From IMG/VR virus record IMGVR_UViG_3300013110_000368: DNA of 64,000 nt. One strand, given 5' to 3'. Within the stretch, counting starts at the first letter, position 1. Each line of letters begins with the position of its first letter. Of this stretch, positions 1 through 10,673 are shown one piece after another. Both the position numbers and the translations under genes were made by a program. The notes beneath the pieces were generated by a model that saw only the letters and a program-made list of their open reading frames with translations, was not told the DNA's origin and did no database searches. This DNA comes from an uncultured virus (IMG/VR IMGVR_UViG_3300013110_000368). Lineage: Duplodnaviria > Heunggongvirae > Uroviricota > Caudoviricetes > Kyanoviridae.

Positions 1-537
1 AACCACTTCATTAGAAAAATTCTCTAATATACCTTCGTGCGTTTCATCCAATTTTGGCATTTCGTCGAAATAATAAAACCCAAACAATCCATCCTTATCA
101 CTATCACCCTTCATAATCTTGCCGTCAATCACTGAATATCTACAATCAATATCTGCAATCGCAAAGGTAGTGCCATCTAAAGATTCATAAACATCTTTAA
201 AATTAGATTCATAAATGAAATCTGCCCAACTAACACAAACCTGTTCACCAACTAAACCAGCACTACGCAAAAGGTGTGCCGTACCTCTTGGATGATCCTG
301 TATGTGAAAACTCAACCAATCAGGATTTTTATAATAATCCTCCAACCACCCCTTTAATAACATTCCACGTCTGCAATCATTAACTGCTACCACAATATTA
401 TTACTATATTTATTGTAAGTTTCAAGTAAATGACCAATTATGGGAAAACCCTTATAAGGATATAGTGGTTTGGGCAATAAATCAAAATGATTGTTCATTC
501 TCGTACCAAAACCAGCAGCTGCTATAAAAAACTTCAT
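1..537 (-). CDS. Sugar-phosphate nucleotidyltransferase (NTP_transferase family), runs off the window edge
   Basis: Not in the ORF track. Manual translation from ATG at 537 (ATGA overlap with the upstream stop) gives MKFFIAAAGFGTRMNNHFDLLPKPLYPYKGFPIIGHLL...PRGTAH...VSWADF, with the AAGxGTR...PKPL signature. Confidence 0.85.
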   Translation of the reverse strand, partial: MKFFIAAAGFGTRMNNHFDLLPKPLYPYKGFPIIGHLLETYNKYSNNIVVAVNDCRRGMLLKGWLEDYYKNPDWLSFHIQDHPRGTAHLLRSAGLVGEQVCVSWADFIYESNFKDVYESLDGTTFAIADIDCRYSVIDGKIMKGDSDKDGLFGFYYFDEMPKLDETHEGILENFSNEVV

Positions 538-872
538 TTCACTCCACCTTTCATCACCCTCTGTATATCATTCTCTGGTATTTGCACCCAATAAATCTCA
601 TAACAAACAACATTGCTCAATGCATCAAACTTATGTGGAACATTTGGTTCTACTTGTAAATAATCACCATCCGACAAAATCGTATTCTGAACTAAATCAT
701 TATCCCATGTAGTAATCTTCATTTTTCCAGACTCTACGAAAAATCCATTATACTTGTACTGGTGCTTATGCTCAGAACAATAACCACCCTCAACTATCTC
801 TATTCTATTTACCTCAAACATTTCCTTTGAGATTATATTTTTTACCCTACCCCATACCTTAGCTTCAATCAT
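534..872 (-). CDS. Cupin-domain protein (sugar isomerase-like)
   Basis: KVWG...CSEHKHQYKYNGFFVESG...VEPNVPHKF cupin motifs. Confidence 0.75.
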   Translation of the reverse strand: MIEAKVWGRVKNIISKEMFEVNRIEIVEGGYCSEHKHQYKYNGFFVESGKMKITTWDNDLVQNTILSDGDYLQVEPNVPHKFDALSNVVCYEIYWVQIPENDIQRVMKGGVK

Positions 873-1911
873 CCAACCTTCCTATAGTCACTTTAATGAT
901 TTCCAACAATTCTATGTTCGTCATACATGGCATAAATTTATCAAATGTATCACAAATATCATACCAACATGGTTGTAAATCATATGGACAACCCCCAACC
1001 AAATCAATAGAATCATACATTCCAGTTCTAAATTTTGGATTAACAGATCCAAACAATGTTACTAACTTCTTATCCAATGCCCCTGCTACATGCAACCAAC
1101 CAGTATCTGGTGTAACAATTACTTCTAATGCATTCACAACAGAGCAAATTTCTCGGATTGACATACCATTAGTAGATCTGTAATTATTTATATTGATCGT
1201 ATCATCAATTACAATAGGTTCTATTCCTCTGGCATCTAACCCCAAAATAAGATCAGTCATTTGTGGATAATCACGCCATTTTGCCGATGACCTATAGACT
1301 ATTCCAACCCTCAAATCCCCAACAAAACTATTTCCAATTTTTATCTCATCTTCGGTCAGATATATTTTAGGTTTGGTATTACTATTACCCAACCCTGTTG
1401 CCAACTTAAATAATTCAATCCTATCCTTATCCACATCTGGAACAGTCTGACCCTCATATTGGGATGCTGGACATGGATTTCCAAATTTTATGACAGGATA
1501 TTCAGTTTCGGTAAGTTCCCATACTTGCAAAATTCTATCTATGGCAGGGTGATGTTTAAACACATCTGAAATTGGTTTTCTGGCAATATAAGTCTTTCTG
1601 GCATTAGGATATTTTTCATGTACGTTTTGCACCGCACCTAATGTAGTTACTAAATCACCAAGACCAGCCTCATCTCTGTAAAATATTATTTCTTCGGTAT
1701 CTAATGTCAACCCCAAGTCACTAGATTCCAACTTCTCACGAAATATGGGTTGTCCATCTCTGACTGCAACTAAGTCATCAACATCAAAATCGTGATCTAC
1801 ATATACAACACGCAGACCACGATTTATTAAACTATCACTATCCCTAATAACCGTATTTTTGACTACACTATCTATTTCACCTGTCTTAACATCAAATATT
1901 ACACTTATCAT
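865..1911 (-). CDS. Glycosyltransferase family 9 (heptosyltransferase-like)
   Basis: GLGDLV and VTPDTGWLHVAGALDKKLVTLFGS motifs, plus a C-terminal Cys cluster (CPYDLQPCWYDIC...CM). Confidence 0.85.
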   Translation of the reverse strand: MISVIFDVKTGEIDSVVKNTVIRDSDSLINRGLRVVYVDHDFDVDDLVAVRDGQPIFREKLESSDLGLTLDTEEIIFYRDEAGLGDLVTTLGAVQNVHEKYPNARKTYIARKPISDVFKHHPAIDRILQVWELTETEYPVIKFGNPCPASQYEGQTVPDVDKDRIELFKLATGLGNSNTKPKIYLTEDEIKIGNSFVGDLRVGIVYRSSAKWRDYPQMTDLILGLDARGIEPIVIDDTININNYRSTNGMSIREICSVVNALEVIVTPDTGWLHVAGALDKKLVTLFGSVNPKFRTGMYDSIDLVGGCPYDLQPCWYDICDTFDKFMPCMTNIELLEIIKVTIGRLDD

Positions 1912-1914
1912 ACA

Positions 1915-4900
1915 TTATAATCTTCTCCCAAATAATGTTACTATAGCACTAATGTTTATACTTGTACCGTTTACAGATTTGAACCTAACTGTACAACCTG
2001 TATTCGTACCCGTTTCCAATGGTGTAACCTTACCATCTGCTCCACGTAACAACTCAACAGCACCTTCACCAGATGATATAACTGCACTAGTAGCCGCATT
2101 AACTGCATCCGTTATATAGACTATTGCCGTTTCTACCACAAAATCTGTAGTGATTTCAGTAATTGTAGTAGTATTGAATGAAGTTGCACTAACTGCGTTC
2201 TTAGATAATACCAACGATAATGTCTGTAATGGTAACAATGATGGGTCTTTATAGTTTGGAATCACTTTCAGATTTTTAATTCGTGATGGACGTGCCGTAT
2301 TACTACCTTTCAACACAATCTTGGTGGTAACGATAGAAAAGTCTGTCATACCATCTTTGCTGTACACATATTCGGTAAATTCTGCCGAATCCCCATCAGT
2401 AGTTGCCGTTTGTTGTGTTAGTTGAACCCAACTTTCTGTATCAAAATTGGCATTTCCAGCAGAGGTCAAAGTCTTAACATAGACATCAATACCACTACCT
2501 TTGGAAGTTTTGGCATCAAATACAACTGTAACCGAATTGGCACTTTCTTCCAATTCTAGTTTTCTTGAGATATAAGCAGAAGTTCCAGCAGAATCAACCG
2601 CATTAGCAATCACAATAGCATTCAGAGAGCTGACATCAATTGCTGGTGAAACTCTATCGTTATTACTATCTCCAGTGAATGATGCCTTCAAGAATTTCTG
2701 TATAAACTGTGATGAAACAGAATAATCCACATTAGAATTCAATCCAACGTTAGTTGCCCCAAACATATTATTACCAACTGCTTCCTGATATGAGATACTA
2801 GTACCACTCGGAATTATTTCTTCACCTGTGTAATTTATCAAATCTGCTCTACGTCTTGGACTATCGACCACAACTAAAGTTTCCCCCTGCGGATACCCAT
2901 CCTGATAAACTGTAAATGCAGTTGTATCATTTTTGATAACATAACTATCTGCTGTAACAGAATCAATAGTAAAAGTATCATCATTCATACCTGTAATACC
3001 ATTAATTTGAAATGTAGCATCCCCATTACCACCAGAAACAGTAATCACTTCATTATCAGCATAACCAGATCCAGCAAAGGCTATTGTTGCATTTGTAACT
3101 CCACCACTACCATTGACAGTTGTATTAACACGCAACCCTGTTCCACTACCAGCAGAAGATGTTGCCACACCAACAGAAGTACTATCAGCACTATACCCAC
3201 TGCCATTGACATAATTATCAAAACCAGATGGAACACCTATCCCAACACCATGCAAACGTTTCACTGTATTAACAGCACCAGCAGTACTAGAAACAGTTCT
3301 TGAAGTTCCACTAGACACACCTGTAATCTGATTCGCAGAAGCAAATGTACCAGAGATGGAAGCAACTTTCAAGATAAACTTGGAAGAATCCCATGATATT
3401 ACTTTACCCCATGCACTTCCATAATTGAACGAACCAGAACCATAAAATACAACTTCACCCACTGTATAATTTCCACTACCACTATTCATCAAAACATCTT
3501 GTTCATTACTACCCTTAACTCCACTAAAACTCAATGTAGTACCAACAACATATCCATGTCCTGGCTGTGTAACCGTAATTCGATTTTCTGATGATGTTGT
3601 AGTATAAAACGGATTATCAATCAATGCTTTAGCAGTATTTTTAGTTTGTAAAATAATATTATTTGTTCCACCACTCAAATCAAATTTTGCCCGATTAAGT
3701 GTAAACTTCAGAATCTTATTATTGACTTTATCCGTACCCAAATACATACTATCAACACCAAGTGCATTTGAACCCTTTTGTGTTTCAACATCCAATGCTT
3801 TAACTGTGTACTCAGTTGCTGGTGTGATAATCGTAATGGCATATTTTCCTTTTTTGAGATAAACTGGATTGCTAAATGTAAATTTAGTTTCTGTACCATC
3901 AACATCAATACCTGTTGCTAACGCAGACTTTGTAGAATATGGTAATACATTATTACTGACTTTTCCATCTTCAATAGTTCTCAACTGAACAATAACTGGT
4001 CTAGTAAAATCAGCATCTTCTGCCGAAAAATACAAATCCAAACTAGTTACAAAACATTCGGAAAAAACCTCTATGCCCTGTGATACTGTTTCAATAGTTT
4101 GTGCATCCCACGAACTATCAAAAGGTCTTGTGGCCAAACCATCAGTGTCTACATGACCAACTGCATGATAATAACCTTCAGCATAGGATTGATTTGCTTC
4201 AATTATAATCTGCTTGCTACCTGTTTGAAATTTAGTTGAACCAACATCTTCATCGACATTAGGAATAACATATGAATTAGTCCATTTTCCATTAACATCT
4301 GTTTTCGGTGTAGTGAATGAACTGGTTATGTCGATTCCATCGAATTTAACTGTAGAAATACTGGTCAGTGGTTTCATACCTTCAACTATAATCGTTATAG
4401 TCTGTGATCTAATGTATGGTACATAATGTGTGCCTAACTCACTATCACCGATTTTCTTGCTCAATAAACTAGCACTATTAGGTAGGGCTGGTGATTTAGG
4501 TAACTCGTTGTATGACATACCGAAACTTGGATCTTGAAAATCACTATTCTTAGCACCTGACCAATGAGTTTCCCACTCATTCCAAACTGTTCCTTGTGTT
4601 TTAGTAGAATCATCCAAATATTTTATAGAATCCCATGCTCCATTACGATTATATCTAACATTCTCCCTAGAATCAGTAGACTTCCATTTATCATATCCAA
4701 CCGATACCACACCCTGATAAGTAGAAACTTCAGATGTCCTCACTTTCTGATCTAAACTGGAATCCAAATTCTGAACTTCGGGTGTCTCGGTATAAGGAAA
4801 TGTCACTAAATTACTATTATGTACCAAATCAGTTTGTGCATTAGAAGAAAATACTTCCATTGCCAAACCATCTTCATGGAAATGTGGCCTCAATTCATTG

Positions 4901-7701
4901 TTGATAGGATCAACTGAAATCTTATGATCTGCATCTGTTGAATCACCAAACCCATGACCTACAAATGGATCAACAAATACATTCCTTCGCAATCTGCCAA
5001 CACCGATATTATAATTTTCTGCCGAATTCTCCAGTGCAGATAATGCACTAAAATAAGCAAAATCATCGTATTCAGAAACACCAAATTTCTGAACTACAAT
5101 ATCATCCGTTCCGTATGTGTAAGGCATAAACTTAACAATATACAATGGCACACCAGAATATGGTGCATTTGGTGGTGATGGATTACTACTTGCAACACCC
5201 TCAACCACTCTTAAAGTTCCTTCGGTATCCAAATAGACAATATCAATTCTACCCAAATAGAAATCAGAACCATCACCACTAACAACAGCCCTTTCTGGTG
5301 GATGTATAGCAGTTGCACCAGATCCAGAAAATGCTGAATTACTGACACCATTATCATTCTTATAACTTCTCAAATCTATACAATCACCCAATCGGTACTT
5401 TCTGCCTGTCGTATCACTGGTATAGGTTGGAATATCACCATTCTTGAATTCCTGTACACCATCATGCAAAGATGCCCAAACCCATGTACCATAAGAATCA
5501 GTTACACTGTAATTAGAATTTGCTGTAGTATTATTGTCTGTGGTTGTAGGGTAAGATGATGCCGAAATGTAATCCCCTGCTGATATTACAAAATACCAAT
5601 AAGCAACAGTTATTCTACCCGTAGGATAGGATTTTCCACTTTTTAGTTTCAATGCACCTAATGCATAAAAATTATCTCGTTGCCCCGTATCCATTGCATA
5701 CCGATCTGAAATATCAGTATGACTAGACAATGCAGCCGTTCCGAAATCTGGTGACATGTATACTTTCCATTGAGTTGGAAGAACATCTGCTTTAGTTAAT
5801 GCCAACGTAGAAACTTCTACCGATGTCTTGGTAGTAAAGACATCAGATTGATGTGACAATGATTTATTTGCTTGTGTTGATGTATTTTTAGAAACCGTAG
5901 CAAAAACAGCATAATTTTCTCCCGTTTGAAAGGATGCTCCTACAATACTTGCCGATGTTTTTGCTCCATTCAAAGTGGTTGTCATTTCACTATCAGCAAA
6001 TATTTTATTTTTCGTTCCATCATTCCCATAAACCAAAATCTTAGTAGTATCGGCATCAAATGTGCTATTTGCATTTGCGGCTACTGTTAATGTAGTACCC
6101 GATGCCGTTACGACTGAAGTTTGTCGTGTGGCACTAACAACAACTGTAGTATCAAATTCTGTTATCCCTTTACCGATTTGATATAGTAATGTATTCTTGC
6201 CCGTATCTTTCAGTGATGTCAAGGTATCATCAACACCATGTGTAGTCACAGTTGCTGTTGACTGTTCAGTTTTCAAATCACAAAGTTTATTAGTTGCTGA
6301 TGGTGTAGACGATGATGTCCATACATGTAACTCATTGACATTAACCAAATTCTTACCCGAATTCATGCTAATATCAAATAGATAGACCTTGAATTCATTA
6401 CCCAATCGTTCTATATTTCGGATTCGTGCTGTACCAATAAATGCCGATGAATCTTTCATATTTACCAAAGGGAATGGTACACCCGAACTTGCTGGTGAGA
6501 AATTCAATACTGCTCGTTGATTATCTGCTGATGCAAAATTTCCTACTATCCCACCATCAGTGACAACATAATTTCCAATGTCTGCGGCGGCAGAAACATC
6601 AGCAGTAGATTCTTCGATAGTCCTTGCCTTACTTAGTGCCAAAAACGTTTTTTGCTCTAATTTAGTCCTTACCCCATCTATGTTTGCGACACCTGTATTA
6701 ACTCCAAAGGAAACTTTGTCACTACTTCCACTGGCATCTGTACCTAACAATCCGTTAGCATCGGTCATGGTAGACTTATTTTCACGCAACTCATAGTCAA
6801 ATCCAGAAATGACTTTATACCCTTTACTGCGTTCAATACCCTCTGCTTTCTTGTGTAACTTTCCATTTACAACTTCTGCAATCTCGATGAATTTTGCACT
6901 GGTAGTAGCCGTTAAGGATTTCTTTGCTAATGTAAGTGAAATTTTAAATCGGTCTGCACCATCTGCCTGATAATTGGTAGATGAAACTGCATTATCAGTT
7001 AGGGTACTATCTTCGGTAGTGGTTATTATGCTTTCTGCAACATCAAATCCTATCTTATATGAAGGTGTAGTAGTATATTTGTCTAGGATTAATGTTTGAT
7101 CGGCAACTTCAACCGCATAACCGTTGATATAGTAAACCCCTGCTTTAACATGCACAGCAGAACCAGAACCAATGACAGTAGTTGGATCACCAGCAGATAC
7201 ATTTCTGCCCACTGTATTCCACGCACTAGATGCTAAATTCGTACCAGTAGTCTGTTTATATAAAGAATCTGCACTGGCAAAGGTAGTATTAGTAGATCCA
7301 CCTTTAAGATATGAAACCCAAATAGTTAATGTATCAGCATCTGTTATTTGCAAAACTTCTCTATCTGATGCCGCTATAATTTTAGCATAGACATCACCAG
7401 TGGTTCCATCCTTAGAACCAATAACAGTGCCTACAATATTAGTAGTTGTATCAGTTCCTGATAAATCATCCACCAATGCCACATATGAAAGATCGGTATC
7501 AAGTATTATCTCGCCTGGAACTAATGACTTTCCATTCCTGACATCTGTTGCTTGTTTTAATTGATTCTGTAATATAGTTTGCAGTTGAGTTAATTCTCTT
7601 GCCTGTACTGCAAAACTGGGTCTGAATAATACCCTATGATAGCCCTTAGATGAATCATAATCATCGTAATACGGACTTATGTTGAAATCTTTAGTTGCCA
7701 T
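1915..7701 (-). CDS. Large virion structural protein, VrlC/DUF4815-like (baseplate/fibre-associated)
   Basis: N-terminus FNISPYYDDYD...HRVLFRP...VQARELTQLQTILQNQ is typical of this family in marine T4-like phages; lies next to gp8. Confidence 0.8.
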   Translation of the reverse strand: MATKDFNISPYYDDYDSSKGYHRVLFRPSFAVQARELTQLQTILQNQLKQATDVRNGKSLVPGEIILDTDLSYVALVDDLSGTDTTTNIVGTVIGSKDGTTGDVYAKIIAASDREVLQITDADTLTIWVSYLKGGSTNTTFASADSLYKQTTGTNLASSAWNTVGRNVSAGDPTTVIGSGSAVHVKAGVYYINGYAVEVADQTLILDKYTTTPSYKIGFDVAESIITTTEDSTLTDNAVSSTNYQADGADRFKISLTLAKKSLTATTSAKFIEIAEVVNGKLHKKAEGIERSKGYKVISGFDYELRENKSTMTDANGLLGTDASGSSDKVSFGVNTGVANIDGVRTKLEQKTFLALSKARTIEESTADVSAAADIGNYVVTDGGIVGNFASADNQRAVLNFSPASSGVPFPLVNMKDSSAFIGTARIRNIERLGNEFKVYLFDISMNSGKNLVNVNELHVWTSSSTPSATNKLCDLKTEQSTATVTTHGVDDTLTSLKDTGKNTLLYQIGKGITEFDTTVVVSATRQTSVVTASGTTLTVAANANSTFDADTTKILVYGNDGTKNKIFADSEMTTTLNGAKTSASIVGASFQTGENYAVFATVSKNTSTQANKSLSHQSDVFTTKTSVEVSTLALTKADVLPTQWKVYMSPDFGTAALSSHTDISDRYAMDTGQRDNFYALGALKLKSGKSYPTGRITVAYWYFVISAGDYISASSYPTTTDNNTTANSNYSVTDSYGTWVWASLHDGVQEFKNGDIPTYTSDTTGRKYRLGDCIDLRSYKNDNGVSNSAFSGSGATAIHPPERAVVSGDGSDFYLGRIDIVYLDTEGTLRVVEGVASSNPSPPNAPYSGVPLYIVKFMPYTYGTDDIVVQKFGVSEYDDFAYFSALSALENSAENYNIGVGRLRRNVFVDPFVGHGFGDSTDADHKISVDPINNELRPHFHEDGLAMEVFSSNAQTDLVHNSNLVTFPYTETPEVQNLDSSLDQKVRTSEVSTYQGVVSVGYDKWKSTDSRENVRYNRNGAWDSIKYLDDSTKTQGTVWNEWETHWSGAKNSDFQDPSFGMSYNELPKSPALPNSASLLSKKIGDSELGTHYVPYIRSQTITIIVEGMKPLTSISTVKFDGIDITSSFTTPKTDVNGKWTNSYVIPNVDEDVGSTKFQTGSKQIIIEANQSYAEGYYHAVGHVDTDGLATRPFDSSWDAQTIETVSQGIEVFSECFVTSLDLYFSAEDADFTRPVIVQLRTIEDGKVSNNVLPYSTKSALATGIDVDGTETKFTFSNPVYLKKGKYAITIITPATEYTVKALDVETQKGSNALGVDSMYLGTDKVNNKILKFTLNRAKFDLSGGTNNIILQTKNTAKALIDNPFYTTTSSENRITVTQPGHGYVVGTTLSFSGVKGSNEQDVLMNSGSGNYTVGEVVFYGSGSFNYGSAWGKVISWDSSKFILKVASISGTFASANQITGVSSGTSRTVSSTAGAVNTVKRLHGVGIGVPSGFDNYVNGSGYSADSTSVGVATSSAGSGTGLRVNTTVNGSGGVTNATIAFAGSGYADNEVITVSGGNGDATFQINGITGMNDDTFTIDSVTADSYVIKNDTTAFTVYQDGYPQGETLVVVDSPRRRADLINYTGEEIIPSGTSISYQEAVGNNMFGATNVGLNSNVDYSVSSQFIQKFLKASFTGDSNNDRVSPAIDVSSLNAIVIANAVDSAGTSAYISRKLELEESANSVTVVFDAKTSKGSGIDVYVKTLTSAGNANFDTESWVQLTQQTATTDGDSAEFTEYVYSKDGMTDFSIVTTKIVLKGSNTARPSRIKNLKVIPNYKDPSLLPLQTLSLVLSKNAVSATSFNTTTITEITTDFVVETAIVYITDAVNAATSAVISSGEGAVELLRGADGKVTPLETGTNTGCTVRFKSVNGTSINISAIVTLFGRRL

Positions 7702-7714
7702 TTCTATCCACCTT

Positions 7715-8899
7715 CTAAAATTGAATGACTAGTCTTATTAAATCTGTATTAGAGTCATTTGTTCTTGCTACAGTTGCTCTCTGATCCACATACAGAATCT
7801 GCCCAGAGTATTTTAGTAACCCTGCTTGTAAGTATGAAGTATCACTTGCTCTAGTACCCGATGCTATACTTGTACCCGATGTTGTTATATCATCCTGTGA
7901 ACTACCTGTAATTATTGGATCTAAAATTAATGCTACTGTAGCATATTGCGTGACTGTTGCCCTAGCAATATCAGAATTAGTTATCTGACACGTTACCATT
8001 AAATCCTTTGCCCCAACTTCTCTTTCTACATCAAACCCATGCCCACTAATTGGTGAAATCATTGCCGTTAAACTGGCATCAGCAGAACCATTAACATTAA
8101 CAGCAGTTACATTTCGATAACCAGCACCAGCATTAGTAATATTCACATATTGTTTTGAATTTGCAGTTGCGATTTCACCAGCAAAAACAGTTGTGTTAGT
8201 TCCTGACAATGTAACCGCATGTCCATTTGTATACCCCGTAAGATTAGAACTATGGATGATAGAATTCACTGCCCCATCTACCGCAGCTGCTTGTACATTC
8301 CACTGTTTCAGAAGTTCAGCATTTGATGGTTTGAGTTGCAATGATTCAACTGGCATCCACTTAAAATTGGTATCATTAACATTAAAAACACTATTTTTCG
8401 CAAAAGAATATAAATATTTCCAATGATACCCATCCGATTGTATAAAAACACCCGTATTGCTATCATCATTTCCCGATGGTGAAGAATCAGAGGATGCTGG
8501 TACATCAGATACAGTTGCACCAGAACCATTGAACAAACATTTCCAGACCCTAATATAGGTAGTTCCTTCAGTATAACCCAAAAATTCAGTTGGTGAACCA
8601 AATAAATCTAATGTATGGTTATATGGTGTAAACCCAATTCCAGAATCCAATTCCTTCAATGAAGAACCAGACCCATGTTTGACTACCATAGAAACATCAG
8701 CACTCGTAATCCTCTTTATTCCCGCCACTTTATCCCAAAACGAAATATCACTAGAAAGACTTTCCGTTGGAGTTGATTCCGATTGACTATTCGTAGTATT
8801 TCCAATCACAGCATAAATTCGATGTGAATTGCTGGAAAACAACTCTTTAAACTGTTTTGCTGTTCTATAACTATGATTTCTCGTTAAAAGTGTTCCCAT
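7715..8899 (-). CDS. gp8: Baseplate wedge subunit gp8-like
   Basis: VWKCLFN, DGYHWKYLYS, ISPISGHGFD and SGQILYVDQR motifs; synteny gp25-gp6-gp7-gp8. Confidence 0.85.
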   Translation of the reverse strand: MGTLLTRNHSYRTAKQFKELFSSNSHRIYAVIGNTTNSQSESTPTESLSSDISFWDKVAGIKRITSADVSMVVKHGSGSSLKELDSGIGFTPYNHTLDLFGSPTEFLGYTEGTTYIRVWKCLFNGSGATVSDVPASSDSSPSGNDDSNTGVFIQSDGYHWKYLYSFAKNSVFNVNDTNFKWMPVESLQLKPSNAELLKQWNVQAAAVDGAVNSIIHSSNLTGYTNGHAVTLSGTNTTVFAGEIATANSKQYVNITNAGAGYRNVTAVNVNGSADASLTAMISPISGHGFDVEREVGAKDLMVTCQITNSDIARATVTQYATVALILDPIITGSSQDDITTSGTSIASGTRASDTSYLQAGLLKYSGQILYVDQRATVARTNDSNTDLIRLVIQF

Positions 8900-8909
8900 T
8901 TTTTTATTC

Positions 8910-10673
8910 CTATGATATTAGTGTATTACAAACAGCAGATGTCACCGTTTGATTAACCTGTGTTGGATTATCTATGGTAAATTCTGTAAATATTTTCATC
9001 CCTGCTGGATGTGCAAATTTATTTAGTTGTCCTCTCCACTTATTAGGATCTTCTGAAGCCCTAACTTTATATGACCACCATTGATAATAATCCAAATCTT
9101 GAACATACGATTCCGAATCACTGACATTTGATTTCAACGAATATCCAGAACCACCATGATCTACTAATGCACCATATATGACTGTACCTGTTGCCCGATG
9201 TAATGGTGAACTTGGATCGTGACTTCTAAATGTAACAGTTGATGCACTATCTGCAAGACCTTTAGTAATTACTTTAACTTCCTCGATACCACCAGCAGTT
9301 GCACTATATGACAATAATTTATCAGTAGAAACATTTGTATTAGAATCTACATATGCTCTAGGTAACGATGTGTAATTCACACCACCCGAATTAACATCAA
9401 TTTTATTGGAAGCCATAACAGTAGCAGAAGCAGACACATCACAAATTGTAATCATCCTGTCTGCCCTCAATCTATTTGTACTACTAGTAATTTCTTCACC
9501 CAAATATTCCCCCTCGACACTTTCATCCGTTGTAAATGTACCAGAGATGGTATCAATCCAATACCTATTCCCCTCAATATATCTCAATTTTGCTGTCGCA
9601 CCACTGTTAGAACCAGTTAGTGTATCATTTACAGCAAATGTTCCCTCTACTCCATAAACTTCCAAATAATCATTAACAAAACTAACTTGCTCACCCACTA
9701 AACCAGATAGATGAGTTTGAATGGAAGTCGGTATATAAAATTCACTCACAACACCAGTTGCCAATTTTGTAATAACCATTGTAGTTTCTTGAACGTTTGC
9801 CAATGTAACTGTATCATCCAAATAATAACCCGATCCTTTATTAGTAACTGCTATCCCCTGTGCCGATGGTGTTATCTTGGCCTGCAATTGATCTGATGTG
9901 CCAGATTTATTAACAACATACCCTTCATTAGTTTGCACCACTATCACTTCATCGGACTGAAACGCACCAGTTATACCAGTTTCCAAATCAAGATATAAAT
10001 CAGTAACGAATTCTGTACCAATATTCCGAACCAACGCACTCTCAACCACTGCCTTTGCACCAGATGCCATTCCAACGATATAATACCCCTTGAATGATTC
10101 ATGGTCATCAGTTGTTGTAGAACCAGAAGTTTTTACTCTAATAGATTTTTGTTGTTTCCAATCACTGTCACTTACCGTAAACACTTGCTCTTTTGGATAT
10201 ATAGTAACTGGAATTTTCTGATAAAGAATTCTGAAAAATATACTAAATACCGATTCCGTTCCCCTTGCCCGATAGATTTCCTTAACTCGTTTGATTAATT
10301 TTCTATCATCTGCATATGTATTGCTAGGCAAATCTGGATTATATTCTGACTTGATATATTGTAGTAACTTATATATGGTATTATCAACATCCCTAAAGGA
10401 TTCTAACCGCACCAGGCGATCATAAACATTCCCATTCTCCGAATGTAGATCGGATATGGCCATGTCACTAACTTGCTGAATGGACTGAAATTTGAAATCA
10501 TCAATAGTAGCATCATATGACGTTTCCAACCATTCATAATACAACTGCATAAATCGACCAAACACAGAAATTGACCCATCTGCAACCTTGTCATAGTGCA
10601 GATCTAGGTATAAAGGCAGTTGTGAATGTATAAACGGTGATATTTTCCGTTGTATTTTATCCTTATGTAACAT
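8910..10673 (-). CDS. gp7: Baseplate wedge initiator gp7-like
   Basis: FMQLYYEWLE, IYRARGTE..F..FFRILY and QD.DYYQWWSY...HPAGMKIF motifs; synteny. Confidence 0.8.
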   Translation of the reverse strand: MLHKDKIQRKISPFIHSQLPLYLDLHYDKVADGSISVFGRFMQLYYEWLETSYDATIDDFKFQSIQQVSDMAISDLHSENGNVYDRLVRLESFRDVDNTIYKLLQYIKSEYNPDLPSNTYADDRKLIKRVKEIYRARGTESVFSIFFRILYQKIPVTIYPKEQVFTVSDSDWKQQKSIRVKTSGSTTTDDHESFKGYYIVGMASGAKAVVESALVRNIGTEFVTDLYLDLETGITGAFQSDEVIVVQTNEGYVVNKSGTSDQLQAKITPSAQGIAVTNKGSGYYLDDTVTLANVQETTMVITKLATGVVSEFYIPTSIQTHLSGLVGEQVSFVNDYLEVYGVEGTFAVNDTLTGSNSGATAKLRYIEGNRYWIDTISGTFTTDESVEGEYLGEEITSSTNRLRADRMITICDVSASATVMASNKIDVNSGGVNYTSLPRAYVDSNTNVSTDKLLSYSATAGGIEEVKVITKGLADSASTVTFRSHDPSSPLHRATGTVIYGALVDHGGSGYSLKSNVSDSESYVQDLDYYQWWSYKVRASEDPNKWRGQLNKFAHPAGMKIFTEFTIDNPTQVNQTVTSAVCNTLIS

